Shown one piece after another: positions 23,228 through 38,600 of a stretch of 64,000 nt of DNA (positions are counted from its first letter, which is position 1; each line of letters starts with the position of its first letter). The translations under genes and the position numbers were made by a program. The stretch spans positions 8,804,001 through 8,868,000 of the forward strand of contig OZ024744.1 of NCBI GenBank assembly GCA_964016885.1. Direction: 5' to 3'. The DNA is from Eledone cirrhosa. Taxonomy: Eukaryota. The notes under the pieces were generated by a model, which saw nothing but the letters and a program-made list of their open reading frames with translations, ran no database searches and was not told the origin of the DNA.

Positions 23228-26200
23228 GCTTCTGTCATCTTACCATCCCACTCCTACCGACTAGCCTCAGTGTCACGTGATTGATTCTTTAGAATCTACC
23301 ATTTGACCAGTGACAGCGAGATTTTCAGTGCATGGAATCCAGTCCCCGCTAGCTGTTCCGTTTACCGAATTATTATTATTTTTATATGAGTCCCCAGTGT
23401 CCGCGCATTGCCTGGAGACTTAGCTGAGCATAGACCTCCCTGATGACGCAATGAATTCTCAACAGTTTATTACGTAACTGTCTTTATCCCATTGCAGAAA
23501 CTAATTAGTTGGAGTGAAAATTTTATTAAAAAGTTAATTTTTAAAATTTTTTTTAAATTTTCTTCTTTTACGTCTTTTATATTATTGTTCTGCATCTTCC
23601 TGCATTGAACCACCTAGGTACTATGACATAACCTGTGTATTTGCTGACATTAGCGTACATCTGTGCGCATATGTTAGTAGATATACTAAATTATCTATAT
23701 TTATCTCCAAATCACTTTGTCTAGCAAACCTTCCAAAACCACTACTAAATTTTTGGTGTGTTAGTAGGCTTCTGTCATCTTACCATCCCACTCCTGCCGA
23801 CTAGCCTCATTGTCACGTGATTGATTCTTTAGAATCTACCATTTGACCAGTGACAGCGAGATTTTCAGTGCATGGAATCCAGTCCCCGCTAGCTGTTCCA
23901 TTTACCGAATTATTATTATTTTTATATGAGTCCCCAGTGTCCGCGCATTGCCTGGAGACTTAGCTGAGAATAGACCTCCCTGATGACGCAATGAATTCTC
24001 AACAGTTTATTAAGTAACTGTCTTTATCCCATTGCAGAAACTAATTAGTTGGAGTGAAAATGTTAGTAAAAAGTTAATTTTTTTAAATTTTTTTTTAATT
24101 TTCTTATTTTACGTCTTTTATATTATTGTTCTGCATCCTCCTGCATTGAACCACCTAGGTACTATGACATAACCTGTGTATTTGCTGACATTAGCGTACA
24201 TCTGTGCGCATATGTTAGTAGATATACTAAATTCTCTATATTTATATCCAAATCACTTTGTCGAGCAAACCTGCCAAAACCACTACTAAATTTTTGGTGA
24301 GTTAGTAGGCTTCTGTCATCTTACCATCTCACTCCTACCGACTAGCCTCAGTGTCACGTGATTGATTCTTTAGAATCTACCATTTGACCAGTGAAAGCGA
24401 GATTTTCAGTGCATGGAATCCAGTCCCCGCTAGCTGTTCCGTTTACCGAATTATTATTATTTTTATATGAGTCCCCAGTGTCCGCGCATTGCCTGGAGAC
24501 TTAGCTGAGCATAGACCTCCCTGATGACGCAATGAAATCTCAACAGTTTATTAAGTAACTGTCTTTATCCCATTGCAGAAACTAATTAGTTGCAGTGAAA
24601 ATTTTAGTAAGTTAATTTTTTAAAAATTTTTTAAAATTTTCTTATTTTACGTCTTTTATATTATTGTTCTGCATCCTCCTGCATTGAACCACCTAGGTAC
24701 TATGACATAACCTGTGTATTTGCTGACATCAGCGTACATCTGTGCGCATATGTTAGTAGATATACGAAATTCTCTATATTTATCTCCAAATCACTTTGTC
24801 GAGCAAACCTGCCAAAACCAGTACTAAATTTTTGGTGTGTTAGTAGGCTTCTGTCATCTTACCATCCCACTCCTACCGACTAGCCTCAGTGTCACGTGAT
24901 TGATTCTTTAGAATCTACCATTTGACCAGTGACAGCGAGATTTTCAGTGCACGGAATCCAGTCCCCGCTAGCTGTTCCATTTACCGAATTATTATTATTT
25001 TTATATGAGTCCCCAGTGTCCGCGCATTGCCTAGAGACTTAGCTGAGAATAGACCTCCCTGATGACGCAATGAATTCTCAATAGTTTATTAAGTAACTGT
25101 CTTTATCCCATTGCAGAAACTAATTAGTTGGAGTGAAAATTTTATTAAAAAGTTAATTTTTTAAATTTTTTTTAAATTTTCTTCTTTTACGTCTTTTATA
25201 TTATTGTTCTGCATCCTCCTGCATTGAACCACCTAGGTACTATGACATAACCTGTGTATTTGCTGACATTAGCGTACATCTGTGCGCATATGTTAGTAGA
25301 TATACTAAATTCTCTATATTTATCTCCAAATCACTTTGTCTAGCAAACCTTCCAAAACCACTACTAAATTTTTGGTGTGTTAGTAGGCTTCTGTCATCTT
25401 ACCATCCCACTCCTGCCGACTAGCCTCATTGTCACGTGATTGATTCTTTAGAATCTACCATTTGACCAGTGACAGCGAGATTTTCAGTGCATGGAATCCA
25501 GTCCCCGCTAGCTGTTCCATTTACCGAATTATTATTATTTTTATATGAGTCCCCAGTGTCCGCGCATTGCCTGGAGACTTAGCTGAGAATAGACCTCCCT
25601 GATGACGCAATGAATTCTCAACAGTTTATTAAGTAACTGTCTTTATCCCATTGCAGAAACTAATTAGTTGGAGTGAAAATTTTAGTAAAAAGTTAATTTT
25701 TTTAAATTTTTTTTTAATTTTCTTATTTTACGTCTTTTATATTATTGTTCTGCATCCTCCTGCATTGAACCACCTAGGTACTATGACATAACCTGTGTAT
25801 TTGCTGACATTAGCGTACATCTGTGCGCATATGTTAGTAGATATACTAAATTCTCTATATTTATATCCAAATCACTTTGTCGAGCAAACCTGCCAAAACC
25901 AGTACTAAATTTTTGGTGTGTTAGTAGGCTTCTGTCATCTTACCATCCCACTCCTACCGACTAGCCTCAGTGTCACGTGATTGATTCTTTAGAATCTACC
26001 ATTTGACCAGTGACAGCGAGATTTTCAGTGCATGGAATCCAGTCCCCGCTAGCTGTTCCATTTACCGAATTATTATTATTTTTATATGAGTCCCCAGTGT
26101 CCGCGCATTGCCTAGAGACTTAGCTGAGAATAGACCTCCCTGATGACGCAATGAATTCTCAATAGTTTATTAAGTAACTGTCTTTATCCCATTGCAGAAA

Positions 26201-27239
26201 CTAATTAGTTGGAGTGAAAATTTTATTAAAAAGTTAATTTTTAAAATTTTTTTTAAATTTTCTTCTTTTACGTCTTTTATATTATTGTTCTGCATCCTCC
26301 TGCATTGAACCACCTAGGTACTATGACATAACCTGTGTATTTGCTGACATTAGCGTACATCTGTGCGCATATGTTAGTAGATATACTAAATTCTCTATAT
26401 TTATCTCCAAATCACTTTGTCTAGCAAACCTTCCAAAACCACTACTAAATTTTTGGTGTGTTAGTAGGCTTCTGTCATCTTACCATCCCACTCCTGCCGA
26501 CTAGCCTCATTGTCACGTGATTGATTCTTTAGAATCTACCATTTGACCAGTGACAGCGAGATTTTCAGTGCATGGAATCCAGTCCCCGCTAGCTGTTCCG
26601 TTTACCGAATTATTATTATTTTTATATGAGTCGCCAGTGTCCGCGCATTGCCTGGAGACTTAGCTGAGCATAGACCTCCCTGATGACGCAATGAATTCTC
26701 AACAGTTTATTAAGTAACTGTCTTTATCCCATTGCAGAAACTAATTAGTTGCAGTGAAAATTTTAGTAAGTTAATTTTTTAAAAATTTTTAAAAATTTTC
26801 TTATTTTACGTCTTTTATATTATTGTTCTGCATCCTCCTGCATTGAACCACCTAGGTAATATGACATATCCTGTGTATTTGCTGACATTAGCGTCCATCT
26901 GTGCGCATATGTTAGTAGATATACTAAATTCTCTATATTTATCTCCAAATCACTTTGTCGAGCAAACCTGCCAAAACCACTACTAAATTTTTGGTGTGTT
27001 AGTAGGCTTCTGTCATCTTACCATCCCACTCCTGCCGACTAGCCTCATTGTCACGTGATTGATTCTTTAGAATCTACCATTTGACCAGTGACAGCGAGAT
27101 TTTCAGTGCATGGAATCCAGTCCCCGCTAGCTGTTCCATTTACCGAATTATTATTATTTTTATATGAGTCCCCAGTGTCCGCGCATTGCCTGGAGACTTA
27201 GCTGAGAATAGACATCCCTGATGACGCAATGAATTCTCA

Positions 27240-30200
27240 ACAGTTTATTACGTAACTGTCTTTATCCCATTGCAGAAACTAATTAGTTGGAGTGAAAATT
27301 TTAGTAAGTAAGTTAATTTTTAAAAAGTTTTTTTAATTTTCTTATTTTACGTCTTTTATATTATTGTTCTGCATCCTCCTGCATTGAACCACCTAGGTAC
27401 TATGACATAACCTGTGTATTTGCTGACATCAGCGTACATCTGTGCGCATATGTTAGTAGATATACGAAATTCTCTATATTTATCTCCAAATCACTTTGTC
27501 TAGCAAACCTTCCAAAACCACTACTAAATTTTTGGTGTGTTAGTAGGCTTCTGTCATCTTACCATCCCACTCCTGCCGACTAGCCTCATTGTCACGTGAT
27601 TGATTCTTTAGAATCTACCATTTGACCAGTGACAGCGAGATTTTCAGTGCATGGAATCCAGTCCCCGCTAGCTGTTCCATTTACCGAATTATTATTATTT
27701 TTATATGAGTCCCCAGTGTCCGCGCATTGCCTGGAGACTTAGCTGAGAATAGACCTCCCTGATGACGCAATGAATTCTCAACAGTTTATTAAGTAACTGT
27801 CTTTATCCCATTGCAGAAACTAATTAGTTGGAGTGAAAATTTTAGTAAAAAGTTAATTTTTTTAAATTTTTTTTTAATTTTCTTATTTTACATCTTTTAT
27901 ATTATTGTTCTGCATCCTCCTGCATTGAACCACCTAGGTACTATGACATAACCTGTGTATTTGCTGACATTAGCGTCCATCTGTGCGCATATGTTAGTAG
28001 ATATACTAAATTCTCTATATTTATATCCAAATCACTTTGTCGAGCAAACCTGCCAAAACCAGTACTAAATTTTTGGTGTGTTAGTAGGCTTCTGTCATCT
28101 TACCATCCCACTCCTACCGACTAGCCTCAGTGTCACGTGATTGATTCTTTAGAATCTACCATTTGACCAGTGACAGCGAGATTTTCAGTGCATGGAATCC
28201 AGTCCCCGCTAGCTGTTCCGTTTACCGAATTATTATTATTTTTATATGAGTCCCCAGTGTCCGCGCATTGCCTGGAGACTTAGCTGAGCATAGACCTCCC
28301 TGATGACGCAATGAATTCTCAACAGTTTATTAAGTAACTGTCTTTATCCCATTGCAGAAACTAATTAGTTGCAGTGAAAATTTTAGTAAGATAATTTTTT
28401 AAAAATTTTTTAAAATTTTCTTATTTTACGTCTTTTATATTATTGTTCTGCATCCTCCTGCATTGAACCACCTAGGTACTATGACATAACCTGTGTATTT
28501 GCTGACATTAGCGTACATCTGTGCGCATATGTTAGTAGATATACTAAATTCTCTATATTTATCTCCAAATCACTTTGTCTAGCAAACCTTCCAAAACCAC
28601 TACTAAATTTTTGGTGTGTTAGTAGGCTTCTGTCATCTTACCATCCCACTCCTGCCGACTAGCCTCATTGTCACGTGATTGATTCTTTAGAATCTACCAT
28701 TTGACCAGTGACAGCGAGATTTTCAGTGCATGGAATCCAGTCCCCGCTAGCTGTTCCATTTACCGAATTATTATTATTTTTATATGAGTCCCCAGTGTCC
28801 GCGCATTGCCTGGAGACTTAGCTGAGAATAGACCTCCCTGATGACGCAATGAATTCTCAACAGTTTATTAAGTATCTGTCTTTATCCCATTGCAGAAACT
28901 AATTAGTTGGAGTGAACATTTTAGTAAGTAAGTTAATTTTTAAAAAAATTTTTAAATCTTCTTATTTTACGTCTTTTATATTATTGTTCTGCATCCTCCT
29001 GCATTGAACCACCTAGGTACTATGACATAACCTGTGTATTTGCAGACATTAGCGTACATCTGTGCGCATATGTTAGTAGATATACTAAATTCTCTATATT
29101 TATCTCCAAATCACTTTGTCGAGTAAACCTGCCAAAACCACTACTAAATTTTTGGTGTGTTAGTAGGCTTCTGTCATCTTACCATCCCACTCCTACCGAC
29201 TAGCCTCAGTGTCACGTGATTGATTTTTTAGAATCTACCATTTGACCAGTGACAGCGAGATTTTCAGTGCATGGAATCCAGTCCCCGCTAGCTGTTCCAT
29301 TTACCGAATTATTATTATTTTTATATGAGTCCCCAGTGTCCGCGCATTGCCTGGAGACTTAGCTGAGAATAGACCTCCCTGATGACGCAATGAATTCTCA
29401 ACAGTTTATTACGTAACTGTCTTTATCCCATTGCAGAAACTAATTAGTTGCAGTGAAAATTTTAGTAAGTTAATTTTTAAAAAATTTTTTAAAATTTTCT
29501 TATTTTACGTCTTTTATATTATTGTTCTGCATCCTCCTGCATTGAACCACCTAGGTACTATGACATATCCTGTGTATTTGCTGACATTAGCGTCCATCTG
29601 TGCGCATATGTTAGTAGATATACTAAATTCTCTATATTTATCTCCAAATCACTTTGTCGAGCAAACCTACCAAAACCACTACTAAATTTTTGGTGTGTTA
29701 GTAGGCTTCTGTCATCTTACCATCCCACTCCTACCGACTAGCCTGAGTGTCACGTGATTGATTCTTTAGAATCTACCATTTGACCAGTGACAGCGAGATT
29801 TTCAGTGCATGGAATCCAGTCCCCGCTAGCTGTTCCATTTACCGAATTATTATTATTTTTATATGAGTCCCCAGTGTCCGCGCATTGCCTGGAGACTTAG
29901 CTGAGAATAGACCTCCCTGATGACGCAATGAATTCTCAACAGTTTATTACGTAACTGTCTTTATCCCATTGCAGAAACTAATTAGTTGGAGTCAACATTT
30001 TAGTAAGTAAGTTAATTTTTAAAAAATTTTTTAAATCTTCTTATTTTACGTCTTTTATATTATTGTTCTGCATCCTCCTGCATTGAACCACCTAGGTACT
30101 ATGACATAACCTGTGTATTTGCTGACATTAGCGTACATCTGTGCGCATATGTTAGTAGATATACTAAATTCTCTATATTTATCTCCAAATCACTTTGTCG

Positions 30201-33200
30201 AGTAAACCTGCCAAAACCACTACTAAATTTTTGGTGTGTTAGTAGGCTTCTGTCATCTTACCATCCCACTCCTACCGACTAGCCTCAGTGTCACGTGATT
30301 GATTTTTTAGAATCTACCATTTGACCAGTGACAGCGAGATTTTCAGTGCATGGAATCCAGTCCCCGCTAGCTGTTCCATTTACCGAATTATTATTATTTT
30401 TATATGAGTCCCCAGTGTCCGCGCATTGCCTGGAGACTTAGCTGAGAATAGACCTCCCTGATGACGCAATGAATTCTCAACAGTTTATTACGTAACTGTC
30501 TTTATCCCATTGCAGAAACTAATTAGTTGGAGTGAAAATTTTAGTAAGTAAGTTAATTTTTAAAAAGTTTTTTTAACTTTCTTATTTTACGTCTTTTATA
30601 TTATTGTTCTGCATCCTCCTGCATTGAACCACCTAGGTACTATGACATAGCCTGTGTATTTGCTGACATCAGCGTACATCTGTGCGCATATGTTAGTAGA
30701 TATACGAAATTCTCTATATTTATCTCCAAATCACTTTGTCGAGCAAACCTGCCAAAACCAGTACTAAATTTTTGGTGTGTTAGTAGGCTTCTGTCATCTT
30801 ACCATCCCACTCCTACCGACTAGCCTCAGTGTCACGTGATTGATTCTTTAGAATCTACCATTTGACCAGTGACAGCGAGATTTTCAGTGCATGGAATCCA
30901 GTCCCCGCTAGCTGTTCCATTTACCGAATTATTATTATTTTTATATGAGTCCCCAGTGTCCGCGCATTGCCTAGAGACTTAGCTGAGAATAGACCTCCCT
31001 GATGACGCAATGAATTCTCAATAGTTTATTAAGTAACTGTCTTTATCCCATTGCAGAAACTAATTAGTTGGAGTGAAAATTTTATTAAAAAGTTAATTTT
31101 TAAAATTTTTATTAAATTTTCTTCTTTTACGTCTTTTATATTATTGTTCTGCATCCTCCTGCATTGAACCACCTAGGTACTATGACATAACGTGTGTATT
31201 TGCTGACATTAGCGTACATCTGTGCGCATATGTTAGTAGATATACTAAATTCTCTATATTTATCTCCAAATCACTTTGTCGAGTAAACCTGCCAAAACCA
31301 CTACTAAATTTTTGGTGTGTTAGTAGGCTTCTGTCATCTTACCATCCCACTCCTACCGACTAGCCTCAGTGTCACGTGATTGATTTTTTAGAATCTACCA
31401 TTTGACCAGTGACAGCGAGATTTTCAGTGCATGGAATCCAGTCCCCGCTAGCTGGTCCATTTACCGAATTATTATTATTTTTATATGAGTCCCCAGTGTC
31501 CGCGCATTGCCTGGAGACTTAGCTGAGAATAGACCTCCCTGATGACGCAATGAATTCTCAACAGTTTATTACGTAACTGTCTTTATCCCATTGCAGAAAC
31601 TAATTAGTTGGAGTGAAAATTTTAGTAAGTAAGTTAATTTTTAAAAAGTTTTTTTAATTTTCTTATTTTACGTCTTTTATATTATTGTTCTGCATCCTCC
31701 TGCATTGAACCACCTAGGTACTATGACATAACCTGTGTATTTGCTGACATCAGCGTACATCTGTGCGCATATGTTAGTAGATATACGAAATTCTCTATAT
31801 TTATCTCCAAATCACTTTGTCTAGCAAACCTTCCAAAACCACTACTAAATTTTTGGTGTGTTAGTAGGCTTCTGTCATCTTACCATCCCACTCCTGCCGA
31901 CTAGCCTCATTGTCACGTGATTGATTCTTTAGAATCTACCATTTGACCAGTGACAGCGAGATTTTCAGTGCATGGAATCCAGTCCCCGCTAGCTGTTCCA
32001 TTTACCGAATTATTATTATTTTTATATGAGTCCCCAGTGTCCGCGCATTGCCTGGAGACTTAGCTGAGAATAGACCTCCCTGATGACGCAATGAATTCTC
32101 AACAGTTTATTAAGTAACTGTCTTTATCCCATTGCAGAAACTAATTAGTTGGAGTGAAAATTTTAGTAAAAAGTTAATTTTTTTAAATTTTTTTTTAATT
32201 TTCTTATTTTACATCTTTTATATTATTGTTCTGCATCCTCCTGCATTGAACCACCTAGGTACTATGACATAACCTGTGTATTTGCTGACATTAGCGTCCA
32301 TCTGTGCGCATATGTTAGTAGATATACTAAATTCTCTATATTTATATCCAAATCACTTTGTCGAGCAAACCTGCCAAAACCAGTACTAAATTTTTGGTGT
32401 GTTAGTAGGCTTCTGTCATCTTACCATCCCACTCCTACCGACTAGCCTCAGTGTCACGTGATTGATTCTTTAGAATCTACCATTTGACCAGTGACAGCGA
32501 GATTTTCAGTGCATGGAATCCAGTCCCCGCTAGCTGTTCCGTTTACCGAATTATTATTATTTTTATATGAGTCCCCAGTGTCCGCGCATTGCCTGGAGAC
32601 TTAGCTGAGCATAGACCTCCCTGATGACGCAATGAATTCTCAACAGTTTATTAAGTAACTGTCTTTATCCCATTGCAGAAACTAATTAGTTGCAGTGAAA
32701 ATTTTAGTAAGATAATTTTTTAAAAATTTTTTAAAATTTTCTTATTTTACGTCTTTTATATTATTGTTCTGCATCCTCCTGCATTGAACCACCTAGGTAC
32801 TATGACATAACCTGTGTATTTGCTGACATTAGCGTACATCTGTGCGCATATGTTAGTAGATATACTAAATTCTCTATATTTATCTCCAAATCACTTTGTC
32901 TAGCAAACCTTCCAAAACCACTACTAAATTTTTGGTGTGTTAGTAGGCTTCTGTCATCTTACCATCCCACTCCTGCCGACTAGCCTCATTGTCACGTGAT
33001 TGATTCTTTAGAATCTACCATTTGACCAGTGACAGCGAGATTTTCAGTGCATGGAATCCAGTCCCCGCTAGCTGTTCCATTTACCGAATTATTATTATTT
33101 TTATATGAGTCCCCAGTGTCCGCGCATTGCCTGGAGACTTAGCTGAGAATAGACCTCCCTGATGACGCAATGAATTCTCAACAGTTTATTAAGTATCTGT

Positions 33201-35900
33201 CTTTATCCCATTGCAGAAACTAATTAGTTGGAGTGAACATTTTAGTAAGTAAGTTAATTTTTAAAAAAATTTTTAAATCTTCTTATTTTACGTCTTTTAT
33301 ATTATTGTTCTGCATCCTCCTGCATTGAACCACCTAGGTACTATGACATAACCTGTGTATTTGCAGACATTAGCGTACATCTGTGCGCATATGTTAGTAG
33401 ATATACTAAATTCTCTATATTTATCTCCAAATCACTTTGTCGAGTAAACCTGCCAAAACCACTACTAAATTTTTGGTGTGTTAGTAGGCTTCTGTCATCT
33501 TACCATCCCACTCCTACCGACTAGCCTCAGTGTCACGTGATTGATTTTTTAGAATCTACCATTTGACCAGTGACAGCGAGATTTTCAGTGCATGGAATCC
33601 AGTCCCCGCTAGCTGTTCCATTTACCGAATTATTATTATTTTTATATGAGTCCCCAGTGTCCGCGCATTGCCTGGAGACTTAGCTGAGAATAGACCTCCC
33701 TGATGACGCAATGAATTCTCAACAGTTTATTACGTAACTGTCTTTATCCCATTGCAGAAACTAATTAGTTGCAGTGAAAATTTTAGTAAGTTAATTTTTA
33801 AAAAATTTTTTAAAATTTTCTTATTTTACGTCTTTTATATTATTGTTCTGCATCCTCCTGCATTGAACCACCTAGGTACTATGACATATCCTGTGTATTT
33901 GCTGACATTAGCGTCCATCTGTGCGCATATGTTAGTAGATATACTAAATTCTCTATATTTATCTCCAAATCACTTTGTCGAGCAAACCTACCAAAACCAC
34001 TACTAAATTTTTGGTGTGTTAGTAGGCTTCTGTCATCTTACCATCCCACTCCTACCGACTAGCCTGAGTGTCACGTGATTGATTCTTTAGAATCTACCAT
34101 TTGACCAGTGACAGCGAGATTTTCAGTGCATGGAATCCAGTCCCCGCTAGCTGTTCCATTTACCGAATTATTATTATTTTTATATGAGTCCCCAGTGTCC
34201 GCGCATTGCCTGGAGACTTAGCTGAGAATAGACCTCCCTGATGACGCAATGAATTCTCAACAGTTTATTACGTAACTGTCTTTATCCCATTGCAGAAACT
34301 AATTAGTTGGAGTCAACATTTTAGTAAGTAAGTTAATTTTTAAAAAATTTTTTAAATCTTCTTATTTTACGTCTTTTATATTATTGTTCTGCATCCTCCT
34401 GCATTGAACCACCTAGGTACTATGACATAACCTGTGTATTTGCTGACATTAGCGTACATCTGTGCGCATATGTTAGTAGATATACTAAATTCTCTATATT
34501 TATCTCCAAATCACTTTGTCGAGTAAACCTGCCAAAACCACTACTAAATTTTTGGTGTGTTAGTAGGCTTCTGTCATCTTACCATCCCACTCCTACCGAC
34601 TAGCCTCAGTGTCACGTGATTGATTTTTTAGAATCTACCATTTGACCAGTGACAGCGAGATTTTCAGTGCATGGAATCCAGTCCCCGCTAGCTGTTCCAT
34701 TTACCGAATTATTATTATTTTTATATGAGTCCCCAGTGTCCGCGCATTGCCTGGAGACTTAGCTGAGAATAGACCTCCCTGATGACGCAATGAATTCTCA
34801 ACAGTTTATTACGTAACTGTCTTTATCCCATTGCAGAAACTAATTAGTTGGAGTGAAAATTTTAGTAAGTAAGTTAATTTTTAAAAAGTTTTTTTAACTT
34901 TCTTATTTTACGTCTTTTATATTATTGTTCTGCATCCTCCTGCATTGAACCACCTAGGTACTATGACATAGCCTGTGTATTTGCTGACATCAGCGTACAT
35001 CTGTGCGCATATGTTAGTAGATATACGAAATTCTCTATATTTATCTCCAAATCACTTTGTCGAGCAAACCTGCCAAAACCAGTACTAAATTTTTGGTGTG
35101 TTAGTAGGCTTCTGTCATCTTACCATCCCACTCCTACCGACTAGCCTCAGTGTCACGTGATTGATTCTTTAGAATCTACCATTTGACCAGTGACAGCGAG
35201 ATTTTCAGTGCATGGAATCCAGTCCCCGCTAGCTGTTCCATTTACCGAATTATTATTATTTTTATATGAGTCCCCAGTGTCCGCGCATTGCCTAGAGACT
35301 TAGCTGAGAATAGACCTCCCTGATGACGCAATGAATTCTCAATAGTTTATTAAGTAACTGTCTTTATCCCATTGCAGAAACTAATTAGTTGGAGTGAAAA
35401 TTTTATTAAAAAGTTAATTTTTAAAATTTTTATTAAATTTTCTTCTTTTACGTCTTTTATATTATTGTTCTGCATCCTCCTGCATTGAACCACCTAGGTA
35501 CTATGACATAGCGTGTGTATTTGCTGACATTAGCGTACATCTGTGCGCATATGTTAGTAGATATACTAAATTCTCTATATTTATCTCCAAATCACTTTGT
35601 CGAGTAAACCTGCCAAAACCACTACTAAATTTTTGGTGTGTTAGTAGGCTTCTGTCATCTTACCATCCCACTCCTACCGACTAGCCTCAGTGTCACGTGA
35701 TTGATTTTTTAGAATCTACCATTTGACCAGTGACAGCGAGATTTTCAGTGCATGGAATCCAGTCCCCGCTAGCTGGTCCATTTACCGAATTATTATTATT
35801 TTTATATGAGTCCCCAGTGTCCGCGCATTGCCTGGAGACTTAGCTGAGAATAGACCTCCCTGATGACGCAATGAATTCTCAACAGTTTATTACGTAACTG
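27240..35900 (+). repeat. Recent tandem duplication of an 8-monomer block (period 4321 bp); boundaries approximate
   Basis: Rare variants recur at +4321: acatctttt at 27892/32213, gctggtcc at 31455/35776, and the ORF variant QTYQ at 29431/33752. The markers gataattt, agtatct, gcagac, gtcaac and taacttt recur likewise. Confidence 0.9.
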
Positions 35901-38600
35901 TCTTTATCCCATTGCAGAAACTAATTAGTTGGAGTGAACATTTTAGTAAGTAAGTTAATTTTTAAAAAAATTTTTAAATCTTCTTATTTTACGTCTTTTA
36001 TATTATTGTTCTGCATCCTCCTGCATTGAACCACCTAGGTACTATGACATAACCTGTGTATTTGCAGACATTAGCGTACATCTGTGCGCATATGTTAGTA
36101 GATATACTAAATTCTCTATATTTATCTCCAAATCACTTTGTCGAGTAAACCTGCCAAAACCACTACTAAATTTTTGGTGTGTTAGTAGGCTTCTGTCATC
36201 TTACCATCCCACTCCTACCGACTAGCCTCAGTGTCACGTGATTGATTTTTTAGAATCTACCATTTGACCAGTGACAGCGAGATTTTCAGTGCATGGAATC
36301 CAGTCCCCGCTAGCTGTTCCATTTACCGAATTATTATTATTTTTATATGAGTCCCCAGTGTCCGCGCATTGCCTGGAGACTTAGCTGAGAATAGACCTCC
36401 CTGATGACGCAATGAATTCTCAACAGTTTATTACGTAACTGTCTTTATCCCATTGCAGAAACTAATTAGTTGCAGTGAAAATTTTAGTAAGTTAATTTTT
36501 AAAAAATTTTTTAAAATTTTCTTATTTTACGTCTTTTATATTATTGTTCTGCATCCTCCTGCATTGAACCACCTAGGTACTATGACATATCCTGTGTATT
36601 TGCTGACATTAGCGTCCATCTGTGCGCATATGTTAGTAGATATACTAAATTCTCTATATTTATCTCCAAATCACTTTGTCGAGCAAACCTACCAAAACCA
36701 CTACTAAATTTTTGGTGTGTTAGTAGGCTTCTGTCATCTTACCATCCCACTCCTACCGACTAGCCTGAGTGTCACGTGATTGATTCTTTAGAATCTACCA
36801 TTTGACCAGTGACAGCGAGATTTTCAGTGCATGGAATCCAGTCCCCGCTAGCTGTTCCATTTACCGAATTATTATTATTTTTATATGAGTCCCCAGTGTC
36901 CGCGCATTGCCTGGAGACTTAGCTGAGAATAGACCTCCCTGATGACGCAATGAATTCTCAACAGTTTATTACGTAACTGTCTTTATCCCATTGCAGAAAC
37001 TAATTAGTTGGAGTCAACATTTTAGTAAGTAAGTTAATTTTTAAAAAATTTTTTAAATCTTCTTATTTTACGTCTTTTATATTATTGTTCTGCATCCTCC
37101 TGCATTGAACCACCTAGGTACTATGACATAACCTGTGTATTTGCTGACATTAGCGTACATCTGTGCGCATATGTTAGTAGATATACTAAATTCTCTATAT
37201 TTATCTCCAAATCACTTTGTCGAGTAAACCTGCCAAAACCACTACTAAATTTTTGGTGTGTTAGTAGGCTTCTGTCATCTTACCATCCCACTCCTACCGA
37301 CTAGCCTCAGTGTCACGTGATTGATTTTTTAGAATCTACCATTTGACCAGTGACAGCGAGATTTTCAGTGCATGGAATCCAGTCCCCGCTAGCTGTTCCA
37401 TTTACCGAATTATTATTATTTTTATATGAGTCCCCAGTGTCCGCGCATTGCCTGGAGACTTAGCTGAGAATAGACCTCCCTGATGACGCAATGAATTCTC
37501 AACAGTTTATTACGTAACTGTCTTTATCCCATTGCAGAAACTAATTAGTTGGAGTGAAAATTTTAGTAAGTAAGTTAATTTTTAAAAAGTTTTTTTAACT
37601 TTCTTATTTTACGTCTTTTATATTATTGTTCTGCATCCTCCTGCATTGAACCACCTAGGTACTATGACATAGCCTGTGTATTTGCTGACATCAGCGTACA
37701 TCTGTGCGCATATGTTAGTAGATATACGAAATTCTCTATATTTATCTCCAAATCACTTTGTCGAGCAAACCTGCCAAAACCAGTACTAAATTTTTGGTGT
37801 GTTAGTAGGCTTCTGTCATCTTACCATCCCACTCCTACCGACTAGCCTCAGTGTCACGTGATTGATTCTTTAGAATCTACCATTTGACCAGTGACAGCGA
37901 GATTTTCAGTGCATGGAATCCAGTCCCCGCTAGCTGTTCCATTTACCGAATTATTATTATTTTTATATGAGTCCCCAGTGTCCGCGCATTGCCTAGAGAC
38001 TTAGCTGAGAATAGACCTCCCTGATGACGCAATGAATTCTCAATAGTTTATTAAGTAACTGTCTTTATCCCATTGCAGAAACTAATTAGTTGGAGTGAAA
38101 ATTTTATTAAAAAGTTAATTTTTAAAATTTTTATTAAATTTTCTTCTTTTACGTCTTTTATATTATTGTTCTGCATCCTCCTGCATTGAACCACCTAGGT
38201 ACTATGACATAACGTGTGTATTTGCTGACATTAGCGTACATCTGTGCGCATATGTTAGTAGATATACTAAATTCTCTATATTTATCTCCAAATCACTTTG
38301 TCGAGTAAACCTGCCAAAACCACTACTAAATTTTTGGTGTGTTAGTAGGCTTCTGTCATCTTACCATCCCACTCCTACCGACTAGCCTGAGTGTCACGTG
38401 ATTGATTCTTTAGAATCTACCATTTGACCAGTGACAGCGAGATTTTCAGTGCATGGAATCCAGTCCCCGCTAGCTGGTCCATTTACCGAATTATTATTAT
38501 TTTTATATGAGTCCCCAGTGTCCGCGCATTGCCTGGAGACTTAGCTGAGAATAGACCTCCCTGATGACGCAATGAATTCTCAACAGTTTATTACGTAACT
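33200..38600 (+). repeat. Tandem duplication of a 5-monomer block E-D-E-A-B (period 2701 bp), overlapping the 8-mer duplication; boundaries approximate
   Basis: gctggtcc at 35776/38477 and the ORF variant at 33752/36453 are both +2701. gcagac, gtcaac, taacttt and atagcc also recur. Confidence 0.88.
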
